Shown piece after piece: positions 52,583-62,130 of a stretch of DNA of 64,000 nucleotides (within the stretch, counting starts at the first letter, position 1; each line of letters starts with the position of its first letter). Made by a program: the position numbers and the translations under genes. The DNA is taken from positions 310,853 through 374,852 of the forward strand of contig NZ_JBHYFH010000003.1 of assembly GCF_051859625.1 (NCBI RefSeq), read 5' to 3'. A model generated the notes under the pieces. It was not told where the DNA came from. It saw nothing but the letters and a program-made list of their open reading frames with translations, and did no database searches. The DNA comes from Oceanicaulis sp. (lineage in GTDB: Bacteria > Pseudomonadota > Alphaproteobacteria > Caulobacterales > Maricaulaceae).

Positions 52583-55500
52583 TCAGGGGGAGGAATCGGC
52601 CGAGTTGGGCGCCTGTGACAGAGGACGCCCCTTCAATCCATTCAGCGCTTCGACCAGCGCCTGCATCTCGACGGGCTTTGTGAAATATCCATCCACATCC
52701 AGCGCCCCGACACGGGTGCGAGTCTCCAGGGTGGCGTCTGCGCTGACCACATAGACCGGCACGCCGGCCGCCCCCGCCTCGCCTGCGCGAATCCGCCGGA
52801 TGGCCTCTTCTCCGCCCATGCCGGGCATGTGCAAATCCATCAGCACCGCGTCAAACCGTTCCGCCTGCAACAAATCAAGCGCTTCGCGTCCGCTGGCGGC
52901 GACGACGGGATGACAGCCGCCCTGGCGCACCATTTCGGCTGTCACATCAAGATTGACGGGCTGGTCATCCACCACCAGCACACGCATGTGCATGTCATCG
53001 TCAGCGCCCGGCGGACGGATCATGCGGTCAGACGCCATCGTCTCCACCGGAGCGTCATCCGCGCTGGCGGACGGGGCCGGAATCTCAAACCAGAAGCACG
53101 CCCCTTCGCCGACACGGGAGTTCACCCCGATCCGTCCGTCCATCAGCACCACCAGTTCGCGGGCGATGGCCAGCCCCAGGCCGGACCCTTCATGGCTGCG
53201 GCTATGGGACATGTCGGCTTGTTCGAAACGACCAAAAACGCGGCTCTGCACGGACTCGCTCAACCCCGGACCCGTATCCCGCACCTCCACGCGCAAGATC
53301 TCGTCATCACACCGCATCGCCTCCACGTGAACCGAGCCGGCGTCTGTGAATTTCACGGCGTTGCTCAAAAGATTGCTGAGCACCTGACGCAAGCGATTGG
53401 CGTCAATCATCGAGATGCCGGACAGCTCCGGCGACAGGTTCAGGGTCAAGGCCAACGATTTGCGCGCCGCTTCGGGCGTGTGCGCCTGACAGGTTTCAGA
53501 AATGATGTCGGACGGTCGGCTCGGGCGCTTGACCAGATTGAGCTTGCCGGCCTCGATCTTGGACAGATCCAGAATGTCCTCGATGATCGACAGCAGCGCC
53601 CGGCCTGATGAGCGGATGGTCTGCACGAACTCTTTCTGCCGCTCGCTCAGATCGGTCAGCGCCAGCAATTGCGCGATCCCCAGAACCCCGTTCAGCGGCG
53701 TTCGGATTTCATGGCTCATATTGGCGAGGAACAGGGATTTGGCGTCGCTCGCCGCCTCGGCGCGCGCCAGGGCGCTTCTCAGCGTATCCTCCGCCGCTTT
53801 CTGCTGAGAGAGATCCTCGACAATGCCGACAATTCGCGAAGGGGCTCCGAGCGCGTCACGGTCCGTGACCCGGATATGCACCTTGATCCACACGACCGCA
53901 CCCGAATGGGTGATGATCCGGTGTTCCATGACCAATTGATCGAGCTCTGCGGTCAGCAAGGCGCCAAACTGCGCCTGGGCGTGCTCGACATCATCGGGAT
54001 GCGCGAAGTTGAAAAGCTCTTCAGGCTCTCTCAGCCCGTCCGCCAAGGCGGGGACGCACAAAATCCGAGCCAGCGTCGCATCCACACGGACGGTGTTCTG
54101 GGCCACATCGAGCTCCCAGACGCCCAGCCCCGCCACCCGCAACGCCATCTGCGCCCGCAAGCCGGCTTCACGCGCTTGTTGCTCGATCCGCCGACGCTCG
54201 GTGATATCGCGCAAGGTGCCGGACATGCGTTCGGGGCGCCCTTCGCTGTCGCAGACCACTTCGCCGGCGCCCTCAATCCACAGATACCCGCCGTCGGCCC
54301 GGCGCAACCGGAACACGAGATGCTGTTTGTGGGGGCCCTCTCCGCTCTCGTCCAGATCAGGCTCCCGCATCACACGCTGCACGTCTGGCAGATCATCGGG
54401 ATGCACCGCTTCAAGCAAATCGGTGATGCGCCGCCATGAGGTGGGTTGCGGATGGCCTAGCATCTCGTAATACCCCGGCGAGGCGAAAACCTGGTCCGCC
54501 TTGAAGTCAATGTCGAAGACGGCTTGATCGGACCCTGCAATCGCAAGCTCGTAGAGGCGACGCAATTCGTTGGCTTCGTCTTCCGCCTTGCGCAAAGGGG
54601 TATGATCGGCGGCGATTCCCGTCATTTCCCGGGGCCTGCCATGCTTGTCCCGGCGAATGACGGCGCCATCCACCTGCAGCCACACCATATCGCCGTCCGC
54701 GCGAATGATGCGATGCGACAGGCTCAGCCGTCCGCTGGGAGAATCAAGCGCCGAGGCGACGCCGGACACCACTCTGTCGCGATCCTCCGGCACCGTCAGG
54801 GACAACATTTCAGACATTGAAAATGACTTGCCGTCCAGTTCAGGACGCCCAAGCAGCGCAGCGCACCGGGTATCCAGATGGATTCTTTCGTCATCGACGG
54901 AATACCACCAGCGCCCCATATTCGCGCTTGATATCGCCACCTCCGCCGTCAACCGCGCCTTCAGCGCAGTGTCCTGCGCATCCGCCAGGTCGCTGACATC
55001 GACCATGGTGCCGACCATGCGCCGAAGCGCGCCTTCCCCGTCCCGCTCCGCCTGGCCGTGACAATTGACGGTGATCCAGACGCCATCTGCGCGCCGCAAG
55101 CGGACCCGCAGCTGGAACGGTTCGCCGCTGACCATATGAGTCCGGAGCGTTTCACGATATCGCGTCAAATCCTCAGGATGGACGAAATCCTCTCCAAGCC
55201 TGGATGTCGGCGGCTTGTAGTCAGGAGCAAAGCCGAGAATCGACTTCAGCCGGGGCGACCAGTACTGGGTCTGATCGTCGGCATTCCATTCCCAGACCCC
55301 CGCACCCGTCCCCCGGATAGCGAGCGCGTAGCGGGTTTCTGAATGCTCCAGCCTCCGCTGGGCGCTCCGGGCGGCGTCCTCGGACCGGCGCGCCTTGATG
55401 AACGCGCCCATCGTGTTGGTCAGCGTCTTCAGGAAATCGGGAAAATCTGCGTCGTATCCGCCGTCCCGGTTGGCGACGCCGGCCACGCCCAGCAATTCGT

Positions 55501-55930
55501 CGCCGCTCATCATGGGCAGGCCGAGAAATGAGGACATGGACGGGTGGCCGCGAGGCAGTCGGACATTCAGGGTCTCGCCCGGCCCGGCGTTGGCGATCAC
55601 CGCCTGATTGTCTTTCAGGATCGAAGCGAACAACAGTTCAGTGCTGGTGAACTCCATGAAACCGGATGCGCCGTACCTCGCCCGGGAGTCCTCGTCCCAG
55701 CTGATATCGGTCATCGCCCAGGTGTGAAGCCACGGATTCACCCCGTCGCCCGTACCGACGACCTCGCCGACGAAACCGTACTCGGAATCCGTGATATCGA
55801 GCAGAATATCCAGCAAGCGCTGGAAAAACGCGTGCGCGTCCTCATCGCCGCCAATATAGATCGCCTGGACCTCGGAGATGGCTTCCAGAAGACGGCGGCT
55901 CTTGGACTCTGATGTGGTATCGTTCGCCAT
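52583..55930 (-). CDS. Cytoplasmic hybrid histidine kinase, GAF + four PAS + HisKA/HATPase + REC
   Basis: FLGLPM..GDELLGV (GAF), four G.W.W...HPED-type PAS repeats, FLANMSHEIRTPLNG, GSGLGL, VLMDLHMPG. Confidence 0.9.
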   Translation of the reverse strand: MANDTTSESKSRRLLEAISEVQAIYIGGDEDAHAFFQRLLDILLDITDSEYGFVGEVVGTGDGVNPWLHTWAMTDISWDEDSRARYGASGFMEFTSTELLFASILKDNQAVIANAGPGETLNVRLPRGHPSMSSFLGLPMMSGDELLGVAGVANRDGGYDADFPDFLKTLTNTMGAFIKARRSEDAARSAQRRLEHSETRYALAIRGTGAGVWEWNADDQTQYWSPRLKSILGFAPDYKPPTSRLGEDFVHPEDLTRYRETLRTHMVSGEPFQLRVRLRRADGVWITVNCHGQAERDGEGALRRMVGTMVDVSDLADAQDTALKARLTAEVAISSANMGRWWYSVDDERIHLDTRCAALLGRPELDGKSFSMSEMLSLTVPEDRDRVVSGVASALDSPSGRLSLSHRIIRADGDMVWLQVDGAVIRRDKHGRPREMTGIAADHTPLRKAEDEANELRRLYELAIAGSDQAVFDIDFKADQVFASPGYYEMLGHPQPTSWRRITDLLEAVHPDDLPDVQRVMREPDLDESGEGPHKQHLVFRLRRADGGYLWIEGAGEVVCDSEGRPERMSGTLRDITERRRIEQQAREAGLRAQMALRVAGLGVWELDVAQNTVRVDATLARILCVPALADGLREPEELFNFAHPDDVEHAQAQFGALLTAELDQLVMEHRIITHSGAVVWIKVHIRVTDRDALGAPSRIVGIVEDLSQQKAAEDTLRSALARAEAASDAKSLFLANMSHEIRTPLNGVLGIAQLLALTDLSERQKEFVQTIRSSGRALLSIIEDILDLSKIEAGKLNLVKRPSRPSDIISETCQAHTPEAARKSLALTLNLSPELSGISMIDANRLRQVLSNLLSNAVKFTDAGSVHVEAMRCDDEILRVEVRDTGPGLSESVQSRVFGRFEQADMSHSRSHEGSGLGLAIARELVVLMDGRIGVNSRVGEGACFWFEIPAPSASADDAPVETMASDRMIRPPGADDDMHMRVLVVDDQPVNLDVTAEMVRQGGCHPVVAASGREALDLLQAERFDAVLMDLHMPGMGGEEAIRRIRAGEAGAAGVPVYVVSADATLETRTRVGALDVDGYFTKPVEMQALVEALNGLKGRPLSQAPNSADSSP

Positions 55931-56099
55931 GAACGATCTCCCCGCACGGGTTGCATCATATACAAGCGTATCATCGCTGACCGGTGTCAATGACTGGTGA
56001 ACTTCGAGCGGAACGTCTTCCTCTCATCGCTGCGGCGCGCTATATGCGCGGGTGAACCTGCGCAACGCGCAAACCCGACTCATCAGAAGGACCGGTTTC

Positions 56100-56180
56100 A
56101 TGGCAGCTCTTGTCGCCCTTGGCCTCGCTTTCGGCATTTTTGCGATCCTCAACCTGATCGACAACAAGCGCCTGGATTAA
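56100..56180 (+). CDS. Very small membrane peptide, 26 aa (not in ORF track)
   Basis: AGAAGGA RBS; MAALVALGLAFGIFAILNLIDNKRLD. Confidence 0.5.
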   Translation: MAALVALGLAFGIFAILNLIDNKRLD

Positions 56181-56222
56181 GGTCGCCGGCGGGAGCAGAT
56201 CCCGCCCGCGCCGGATACATCC

Positions 56223-57227
56223 ATGCCTGATATGTTCCTGTTCAGCCTGATGGTGCTTGGCGGCATCGTCGTCCTTTTGACGGGCGGCGACATCCTGGTG
56301 CGCGGCGCCACCGCGCTCGCCAGCAAGATGGGCGTGCCGCCGCTTCTGGTGGGGCTGACCATCGTCGCCTTCGGCACCAGCGCCCCTGAAATGATGGTCA
56401 GCGCCGCCGCCGCCGTGGAAGGCGCGCCCGGCCTCGCCATCGGCAATATCGTCGGCTCCAATATCGCCAACGTGCTGTTGGTGCTGGGCCTGCCGGCGAT
56501 CCTGGCGCCCATCGCCTCCACCGCGACCGGCATCCGCCGCAACGCCCTGATCGCCCTCGCCTTCACCGCGCTGTTCATTGCGTTGTGCTGGGATGGCGGG
56601 CTGGGCCTGACGGACGGCGCGATCCTGACGGCCGGCATTATCGGATATATCGGGTTTCTGGCGCTGACCGCGAGAACCCATCGCGACGATCCCATGATCG
56701 CCGAACTCACCGACATCGACCAGATGGAAGGGCTGCCCCGCAAAGCGCCGATGGTGGCGCTGTTCCTGCTGGGCGGTCTGGTCATGCTGCCTGTGGGGGC
56801 GAAGCTGATCGTGGACGGCGGCGTCGGGATCGCCGAGCTGTTCAATGTGTCGGACGCCGTCATCGGCCTGACCATTCTGGCGTTCGGCACGTCCTTGCCG
56901 GAACTGGCCACCGCCTTCGTCGCCGCCATGCGCAAACAGGGCGGCATGGCCATCGGCAATGTGGTCGGCTCCAACATCTTCAATATCTGCGCCGTCGGCG
57001 GCATCACCGGGATTGCAGCGGGCGCCGTGACCGGCGCGCCGGCGCCGGTCGAGGCGGAATTCCTGCAGCTCGATTTCTGGGTGATGGCGGCCGCGGCGCT
57101 GGCCATTGTGACCTACGCCGTCCTGCGCCGTCCGATCGGGCGCGTCTCCGGCGTTGCATTGACGCTGGCGTATGTCGGTTATCTCGCGGTCCTGCTACTC
57201 ATGAACCCGCCCAGCCTGCCGGTCTAA
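56223..57227 (+). CDS. Calcium/sodium antiporter (YrbG-like)
   Basis: GTSAPE and GTSLPE repeats, GNIVGSNIAN, GNVVGSNIFN. Confidence 0.92.
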   Translation: MPDMFLFSLMVLGGIVVLLTGGDILVRGATALASKMGVPPLLVGLTIVAFGTSAPEMMVSAAAAVEGAPGLAIGNIVGSNIANVLLVLGLPAILAPIASTATGIRRNALIALAFTALFIALCWDGGLGLTDGAILTAGIIGYIGFLALTARTHRDDPMIAELTDIDQMEGLPRKAPMVALFLLGGLVMLPVGAKLIVDGGVGIAELFNVSDAVIGLTILAFGTSLPELATAFVAAMRKQGGMAIGNVVGSNIFNICAVGGITGIAAGAVTGAPAPVEAEFLQLDFWVMAAAALAIVTYAVLRRPIGRVSGVALTLAYVGYLAVLLLMNPPSLPV

Positions 57228-57237
57228 GCGGGCGTGC

Positions 57238-57345
57238 AAAAAAATGACCGGCTGCACGAAGCAGCCGGCCAGATGGGAAGGTTCGTCCGCCTTTCGGCGG
57301 GTGCTCGGGGAGGAGCACTGTCACTCTCATCCCGCGCTGTGACCT
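57238..57345 (-). ncRNA. sRNA candidate 3
   Basis: Minus strand: GTCAC/GTGAC hairpin, GTGCTC-CTCCCC-GAGCAC, CCGCC-GAAA-GGCGG, 10-bp terminator stem + U7. Confidence 0.55.
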
Positions 57346-57449
57346 CTTAAGGGCTGCATCAAGGAAAGCTCGGGGCGTCATTAAGGCCGCTTCGCCGCAA
57401 GCCTGACAGCGCGTTCATCTGCACATCCGACTTCAAGGCCGCAACGACA

Positions 57450-57479
57450 CAGGGCCGGTTGCTGTCGCAACCGGCCCTG
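57450..57479 (-). terminator. Hairpin downstream of the EF-hand gene
   Basis: CAGGGCCGGTTGC-TGTC-GCAACCGGCCCTG (13-bp stem). Confidence 0.55.
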
Positions 57480-57522
57480 GCCGTGCACGCTGGGGAACGT
57501 GCGAGGGTGTGAAGCGTGGCGT

Positions 57523-57783
57523 TTACTGGTGGTCGCCGTGGTCGTCGGTCGGCAGAGTCGCCGCCCAGGCGTCAAACTCGCCCTCGTCCAGGCCGCCATC
57601 CGCGTTCACGTCAAACGCAGCGAACTCGCCTTCGGTCAGCTCAGGCGCGACAGCTTGCGCTTCAGACAGGGTGACAAGGCCGTCGCCATCGACATCGACC
57701 GTGTCAAACATCGGCGCTTCAGCGAAAGCGGTCCCCGCAAAGGCGGCGGCGGCGATGGTCGTAATCAGAACTTGGCGTTTCAT
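57523..57783 (-). CDS. Small secreted EF-hand protein
   Basis: Signal peptide; DVDGDGLVTLSE and DVNADGGLDEGE loops. Confidence 0.85.
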   Translation of the reverse strand: MKRQVLITTIAAAAFAGTAFAEAPMFDTVDVDGDGLVTLSEAQAVAPELTEGEFAAFDVNADGGLDEGEFDAWAATLPTDDHGDHQ

Positions 57784-57965
57784 CAGTCTCTCTCCTTGCT
57801 CTAGAGCCAGACTCTGACGCGGCGTCTGAGGGTCGCCCCGTCGTCTGGCAGGATCGAGATTGATGGGCGCATGTGGCCGCAGATGGCCGAAACAATGATA
57901 TTCTGGAGTGGATTTGACGGCGTATTCCCGCCCGCAAGCAGGCGGAAATGTGAACGTCTGTTCAT

Positions 57966-58550
57966 TCAGGGCGCCGGCGCGAGGTGGGTCACCTTGGTCT
58001 GAAAGGCGTCGTCATTATCTTCCACGATCAGTGGAAAGGCGCGCGCTATGGCGTCCAGCAACGGCCCCAGCCACACACCCTCCGCCTTGGAGAAGTCGCC
58101 CAGCACCCAGTTGGTCACCTGGTTCTTGTCGCCGGGATGGCCGATGCCGATGCGCCCGCGTTTGAAGTCGCCCTGGATATGCGCCTTGGTGGACCGCAAA
58201 CCGTTATTGCCGGCATGGCCGCCGCCCGTCTTGAGGCGGAACTTGCCCGGCGCCAGATCCAGCTCGTCATGGAAGACAAGGATGTTCTCAGGCTCGATCT
58301 TGTAGAACCGCGCCGCCTCGGCCACCGCGCGCCCCGCTTCGTTGTAATAGGTCTCAGGCTTGAGCAGGAGCACCTTGCGCGGGCCTTTGGCGGTCTCCAC
58401 CATCCCTTCGGCGGTCTGGCCCTGGAAGCGTTTCTTCCACGGCCCCAGCCGCCAGTCCTCGGCGATGGCGTCAAGCGCCATGAAACCGACATTGTGACGG
58501 TTGCCGGCGTATTGGCCGCCCGGATTACCCAGGCCCACGATCAAATGCAT
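57966..58550 (-). CDS. pth: Peptidyl-tRNA hydrolase
   Basis: LIVGLGNPG, NRHNVGF, FHDELD, GGHAGNNGLRS, RIGIGHPG. Confidence 0.96.
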   Translation of the reverse strand: MHLIVGLGNPGGQYAGNRHNVGFMALDAIAEDWRLGPWKKRFQGQTAEGMVETAKGPRKVLLLKPETYYNEAGRAVAEAARFYKIEPENILVFHDELDLAPGKFRLKTGGGHAGNNGLRSTKAHIQGDFKRGRIGIGHPGDKNQVTNWVLGDFSKAEGVWLGPLLDAIARAFPLIVEDNDDAFQTKVTHLAPAP

Positions 58551-58635
58551 GGCGCGCTCCACAAATGAAAAAGGCGGCCGGGACCCAAAGTCCGCCAGCC
58601 GCCTTTTAAGTCCGTTTCCGGCGAAGGGAAGAGGA

Positions 58636-59271
58636 TTACTCCTCGCCGCCCTCGGCCTCGGTCTCGGCTTCGTCGCCTTCAGCCTCGGCCTCGTCGCTGT
58701 CACGTGCAGCGCGCGAGTTCTGGATGGTGGCGATGGTGAAGTCACGATCGGTGATCGCCGGCTTCACGCCTTCCGGCAGGGTCACTGCGGAGATGTGAAT
58801 GGAATCGCCGATGTCATAGCCAGACAGGTCAACGTCGATCTGATCAGGGATCGAGCCAGCCGGCACGTTCACTTCAACAGCGTGACGCACAACGTTGAGG
58901 ATGCCGCCGCGCTTCAGGCCCGGAGACTTTTCTTCGTTGTGGTATTGAACGGCCACTTCGACGGTGATGACGGTGGTTTCGTCAACGCGCTGGAAGTCGA
59001 TGTGCACCGGCTCGTCACGCACCGGGTGGAATTGCACGTCGCGCGTCAGCACGGTCTGCTTTTCACCCTTGTGATCAATGGTGATCATCGAGGCCAGGAA
59101 GTGACCCGAATTGATCGCCTTGACCACTTCGTTGTTTTTCAGCGCGATCGCGACGGGACCTTTGTCACCGCCATAGAGAACGCCCGGCACAAGGCCGTTG
59201 CGGCGGGTCTCACGCGAGCCGCCAGTACCCGTGCGCTCGCGCACTTCGACGGAGAGAACAATATCGCTCAT
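58636..59271 (-). CDS. rplY: 50S ribosomal protein L25/Ctc
   Basis: RRNGLVPGVLYG, DVQFHPV, HIDF, GLKRGG. Confidence 0.96.
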   Translation of the reverse strand: MSDIVLSVEVRERTGTGGSRETRRNGLVPGVLYGGDKGPVAIALKNNEVVKAINSGHFLASMITIDHKGEKQTVLTRDVQFHPVRDEPVHIDFQRVDETTVITVEVAVQYHNEEKSPGLKRGGILNVVRHAVEVNVPAGSIPDQIDVDLSGYDIGDSIHISAVTLPEGVKPAITDRDFTIATIQNSRAARDSDEAEAEGDEAETEAEGGEE

Positions 59272-59444
59272 GATCCGGTCCCATACGAAATCGGTTTAAA
59301 CGCAAGCGCCGCCGGTTTTGGCGGCGCGCGCTTCGTTCAGCCATCAGTGACTGAGTAAGAACTTTCGAGCCGCGGCGTATAGCGGATGCTTGCGATGAGC
59401 GCAAGCGATCCGCTGACTCTTCGCCGCGGCGCGAGGCGAAAAGG

Positions 59445-60377
59445 TTAGTCAAACAGCTTGGAGACGGACTCGTCATTGGCGATCCGGCGGATCGCCTCGC
59501 CCAGAAGCGGCGCCACGGACAGCGAGCGGATGTTCTTGCCCGCCTTGACCTTGGCGGTCACGTCGATGGAATCCGTCACCACCAGCTCTTTGAGAACCGA
59601 GTTGGAGATGCGCTCCACCGCCTTGCCTGACAAGACGCCATGGGTGATGTAGGCGGAGACTTCCTTGGCGCCTTGATCTTTCAGCGCCGCAGCCGCGTTG
59701 CACAGCGTGCCGCCCGAATCGATGATGTCGTCAAAGATGATGCAGCGGCGACCTTCGACATCGCCGATAATGTTCATCACTTCAGACACGCCCGCCTTGG
59801 GCCGGCGCTTGTCGACAATGGCGATGTCCGCGCCCAGACGCCCGGCCAGCGAGCGCGCGCGCACCACCCCGCCCACATCCGGCGACACGATCAGCAGATC
59901 CTCCACGTCGTAATGACGGCGGATATCCTCCTCGATCACCGGGGTGGCGAAGAGATTGTCGGTCGGAATATCGAAAAAGCCCTGGATCTGGCCCGCATGC
60001 AGATCAATGGTCAGAACCCGGTGCGCGCCCGCTTCGGCGACCAGATTGGCCACCAGCTTGGCGGTGATCGGGGTGCGGCCGCCGGTTTTGCGATCCTGCC
60101 GGGCATAACCGAAATAGGGAATGACGGCGGTGATCCGGTTGGCGCTGGCGCGCGCCAGCGCGTCCATGCAGATCAGCAATTCCATCAGATGGTCATTGGC
60201 CGGTTCGGAGGTGGGCTGGATGATGAAGACATCCTGGCCGCGCATGTTTTCATCAATGCGCACGAACAATTCGCCGTCTGCGAAGCGCTCGATCTCCACG
60301 TCCGACAGAGGGGCGTCAAGATAATCGGCGATGGCCTTGGCCAAAGGTCGGTTGGCGTTGCCGCACATCAGTTTCAT
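59445..60377 (-). CDS. prs: Ribose-phosphate pyrophosphokinase
   Basis: [47 protein letters not shown]. Confidence 0.97.
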   Translation of the reverse strand: MKLMCGNANRPLAKAIADYLDAPLSDVEIERFADGELFVRIDENMRGQDVFIIQPTSEPANDHLMELLICMDALARASANRITAVIPYFGYARQDRKTGGRTPITAKLVANLVAEAGAHRVLTIDLHAGQIQGFFDIPTDNLFATPVIEEDIRRHYDVEDLLIVSPDVGGVVRARSLAGRLGADIAIVDKRRPKAGVSEVMNIIGDVEGRRCIIFDDIIDSGGTLCNAAAALKDQGAKEVSAYITHGVLSGKAVERISNSVLKELVVTDSIDVTAKVKAGKNIRSLSVAPLLGEAIRRIANDESVSKLFD

Positions 60378-60590
60378 GATCTGCCCTCTCCGGTGTTCTG
60401 GGTCGCGGCGCTCATAGCAGGATAAGTGCGCGTGGCAAAGCGGCGGGGCGCCCTGTCTGCTGCCATGGCTGTCAGGACGCAAACGGATGAAATTCTCCTC
60501 TCAGGGGCATCACTCGCCTTTTACTGGAACATTGTCTTAAGGGAGCCGACCCAAGAATCGCGGCGAAACTCGCGTTTGAGAGAGGGCTAT

Positions 60591-61763
60591 ATGCAATCGC
60601 TCCACGGCTTCATGCCCCATGGAATGTGTTATCTGTGGCGCCTGGACATTCTGATCATGCACGTCCTGGCGGATGTGCTGATCGGCCTGTCCTATCTGTC
60701 GATTCCCGTGGTGATCTGGTGGATCTCGGTCAAACGGCCTGACATCCTGTTTCGGCCGGTCGCGTATCTGTTCATTCTTTTCATCATCTTCTGCGGCGTC
60801 ACGCATTTGTTCTCGATCTACACGATCTGGACGCCGGCCTATTTCATGGAAGGCGGGCTCAAACTCGCCACCGCCGTGATTTCAGTCGCCACCGCTGTCG
60901 CGCTCTGGCCGCTATTGCCCAAAGCGCTGGCCATGCCCAGCAGCGCCCAGTTGGCGCAGAGCAATAAAAGCCTTCAAGAAGAAGTGCTTCTGCGCACCGG
61001 CGCCGAGCACAAGCTCACACAACTCACCAATACGCTGGAACGTCAGGTGCAACGCCGCACTTCCGAGCTCGAGCGCTCAAACGGCACCCTGCGCGATTTC
61101 GCCGCCGGCGCGTCCCATGATCTCAAGGCGCCTGCTCGGCAGATTTCACTGCTGGCCGACCTCGCTCAGCGCGAGCTTGGCGACACCGCAAGCCTCAAGG
61201 CCAGAGGGTATCTGCATGATGTGAAGTCCAAATCCCGCGACATGCTGATGCTGATCGACACGCTGCTGAGCTATTCAGACCTGGTGGAGACCAAGGCGGC
61301 GTCAAACGCCACCGCGCTCAAACCGCTGCTGGAGACCTTGCTGCGTGAATACTATCCGAACGCCCCGATCACACTGAACGTCACAGGCGAACCGACCGTT
61401 CAGGGCGACGAGACCTTGCTGGCGCACCTGTTTCGCAATCTGGTCGACAACGCTGTCAAATACGCCGACACGCCCAGGGTCATCCTCACCGTGGACAGTC
61501 ATGAAACACCGAACGGGCTTGTGGTCCGGTTCGCCGACAACGGCCCCGGCATTCCCGCCAGTCAGGCCGAAGGCGTGTTCAAGATGATGCAGCGCTATCG
61601 CAGCGACGTGCCCGGATCCGGCGTCGGCCTGGCCTTCTGCGCCCGGATCATGGAGGCGCATGACGGCGCTATCCGTGTCGACGCCGATTATGACGCCGGA
61701 GCGCGGTTCATTCTCAGTTTCCCCCCGTTTGAGGAGTTTGCAGATGACAAGCCTGATCATTGA
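60591..61763 (+). CDS. Sensor histidine kinase with ETR1-type ethylene-binding domain
   Basis: ADVLIGLSYLSIP, FIIFCGVTH, KLATAVISVATA; H-box ASHDLKAP, NLVDNA, DNGPG, GVGL. Confidence 0.85.
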   Translation: MQSLHGFMPHGMCYLWRLDILIMHVLADVLIGLSYLSIPVVIWWISVKRPDILFRPVAYLFILFIIFCGVTHLFSIYTIWTPAYFMEGGLKLATAVISVATAVALWPLLPKALAMPSSAQLAQSNKSLQEEVLLRTGAEHKLTQLTNTLERQVQRRTSELERSNGTLRDFAAGASHDLKAPARQISLLADLAQRELGDTASLKARGYLHDVKSKSRDMLMLIDTLLSYSDLVETKAASNATALKPLLETLLREYYPNAPITLNVTGEPTVQGDETLLAHLFRNLVDNAVKYADTPRVILTVDSHETPNGLVVRFADNGPGIPASQAEGVFKMMQRYRSDVPGSGVGLAFCARIMEAHDGAIRVDADYDAGARFILSFPPFEEFADDKPDH

Positions 61764-62130
61764 AGACAGCCTGATCGACGCGACCTTGATCACGGACGCG
61801 CTGACGGCGCAGGGGTTTGACGACCTTCAGGTTTTCGAGCGCGCAGAAGATGCGCTGGCGTATATCCGCAGCGACGCCGCCAGACCCGATTTCTGCCTGG
61901 TGGACAGTCGCCTGCCGGGCATGTCCGGGACGGATTTCATCAAGCTGGTCAAGGCCTGCCAGAAGATGGCGGGCGTGCCGTGCATCAGCCTGTCCACCTC
62001 CAATCTGAAAGATGAAATCCGCATCGCGCTCGCGGCGGGGGCCGACGGCTATTTCGTCAAACCCTCAGACGTCGACGAGTATGAGCGCGTCATCGCCCGC
62101 ATCATCGAGGCGCATCTTACGGCGAACTAA
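61744..62130 (+). CDS. Single-domain response regulator
   Basis: IIEDS, LVDSRLPG, LSTS, YFVKP; overlaps the kinase 3' end by 20 nt. Confidence 0.88.
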   Translation: MTSLIIEDSLIDATLITDALTAQGFDDLQVFERAEDALAYIRSDAARPDFCLVDSRLPGMSGTDFIKLVKACQKMAGVPCISLSTSNLKDEIRIALAAGADGYFVKPSDVDEYERVIARIIEAHLTAN

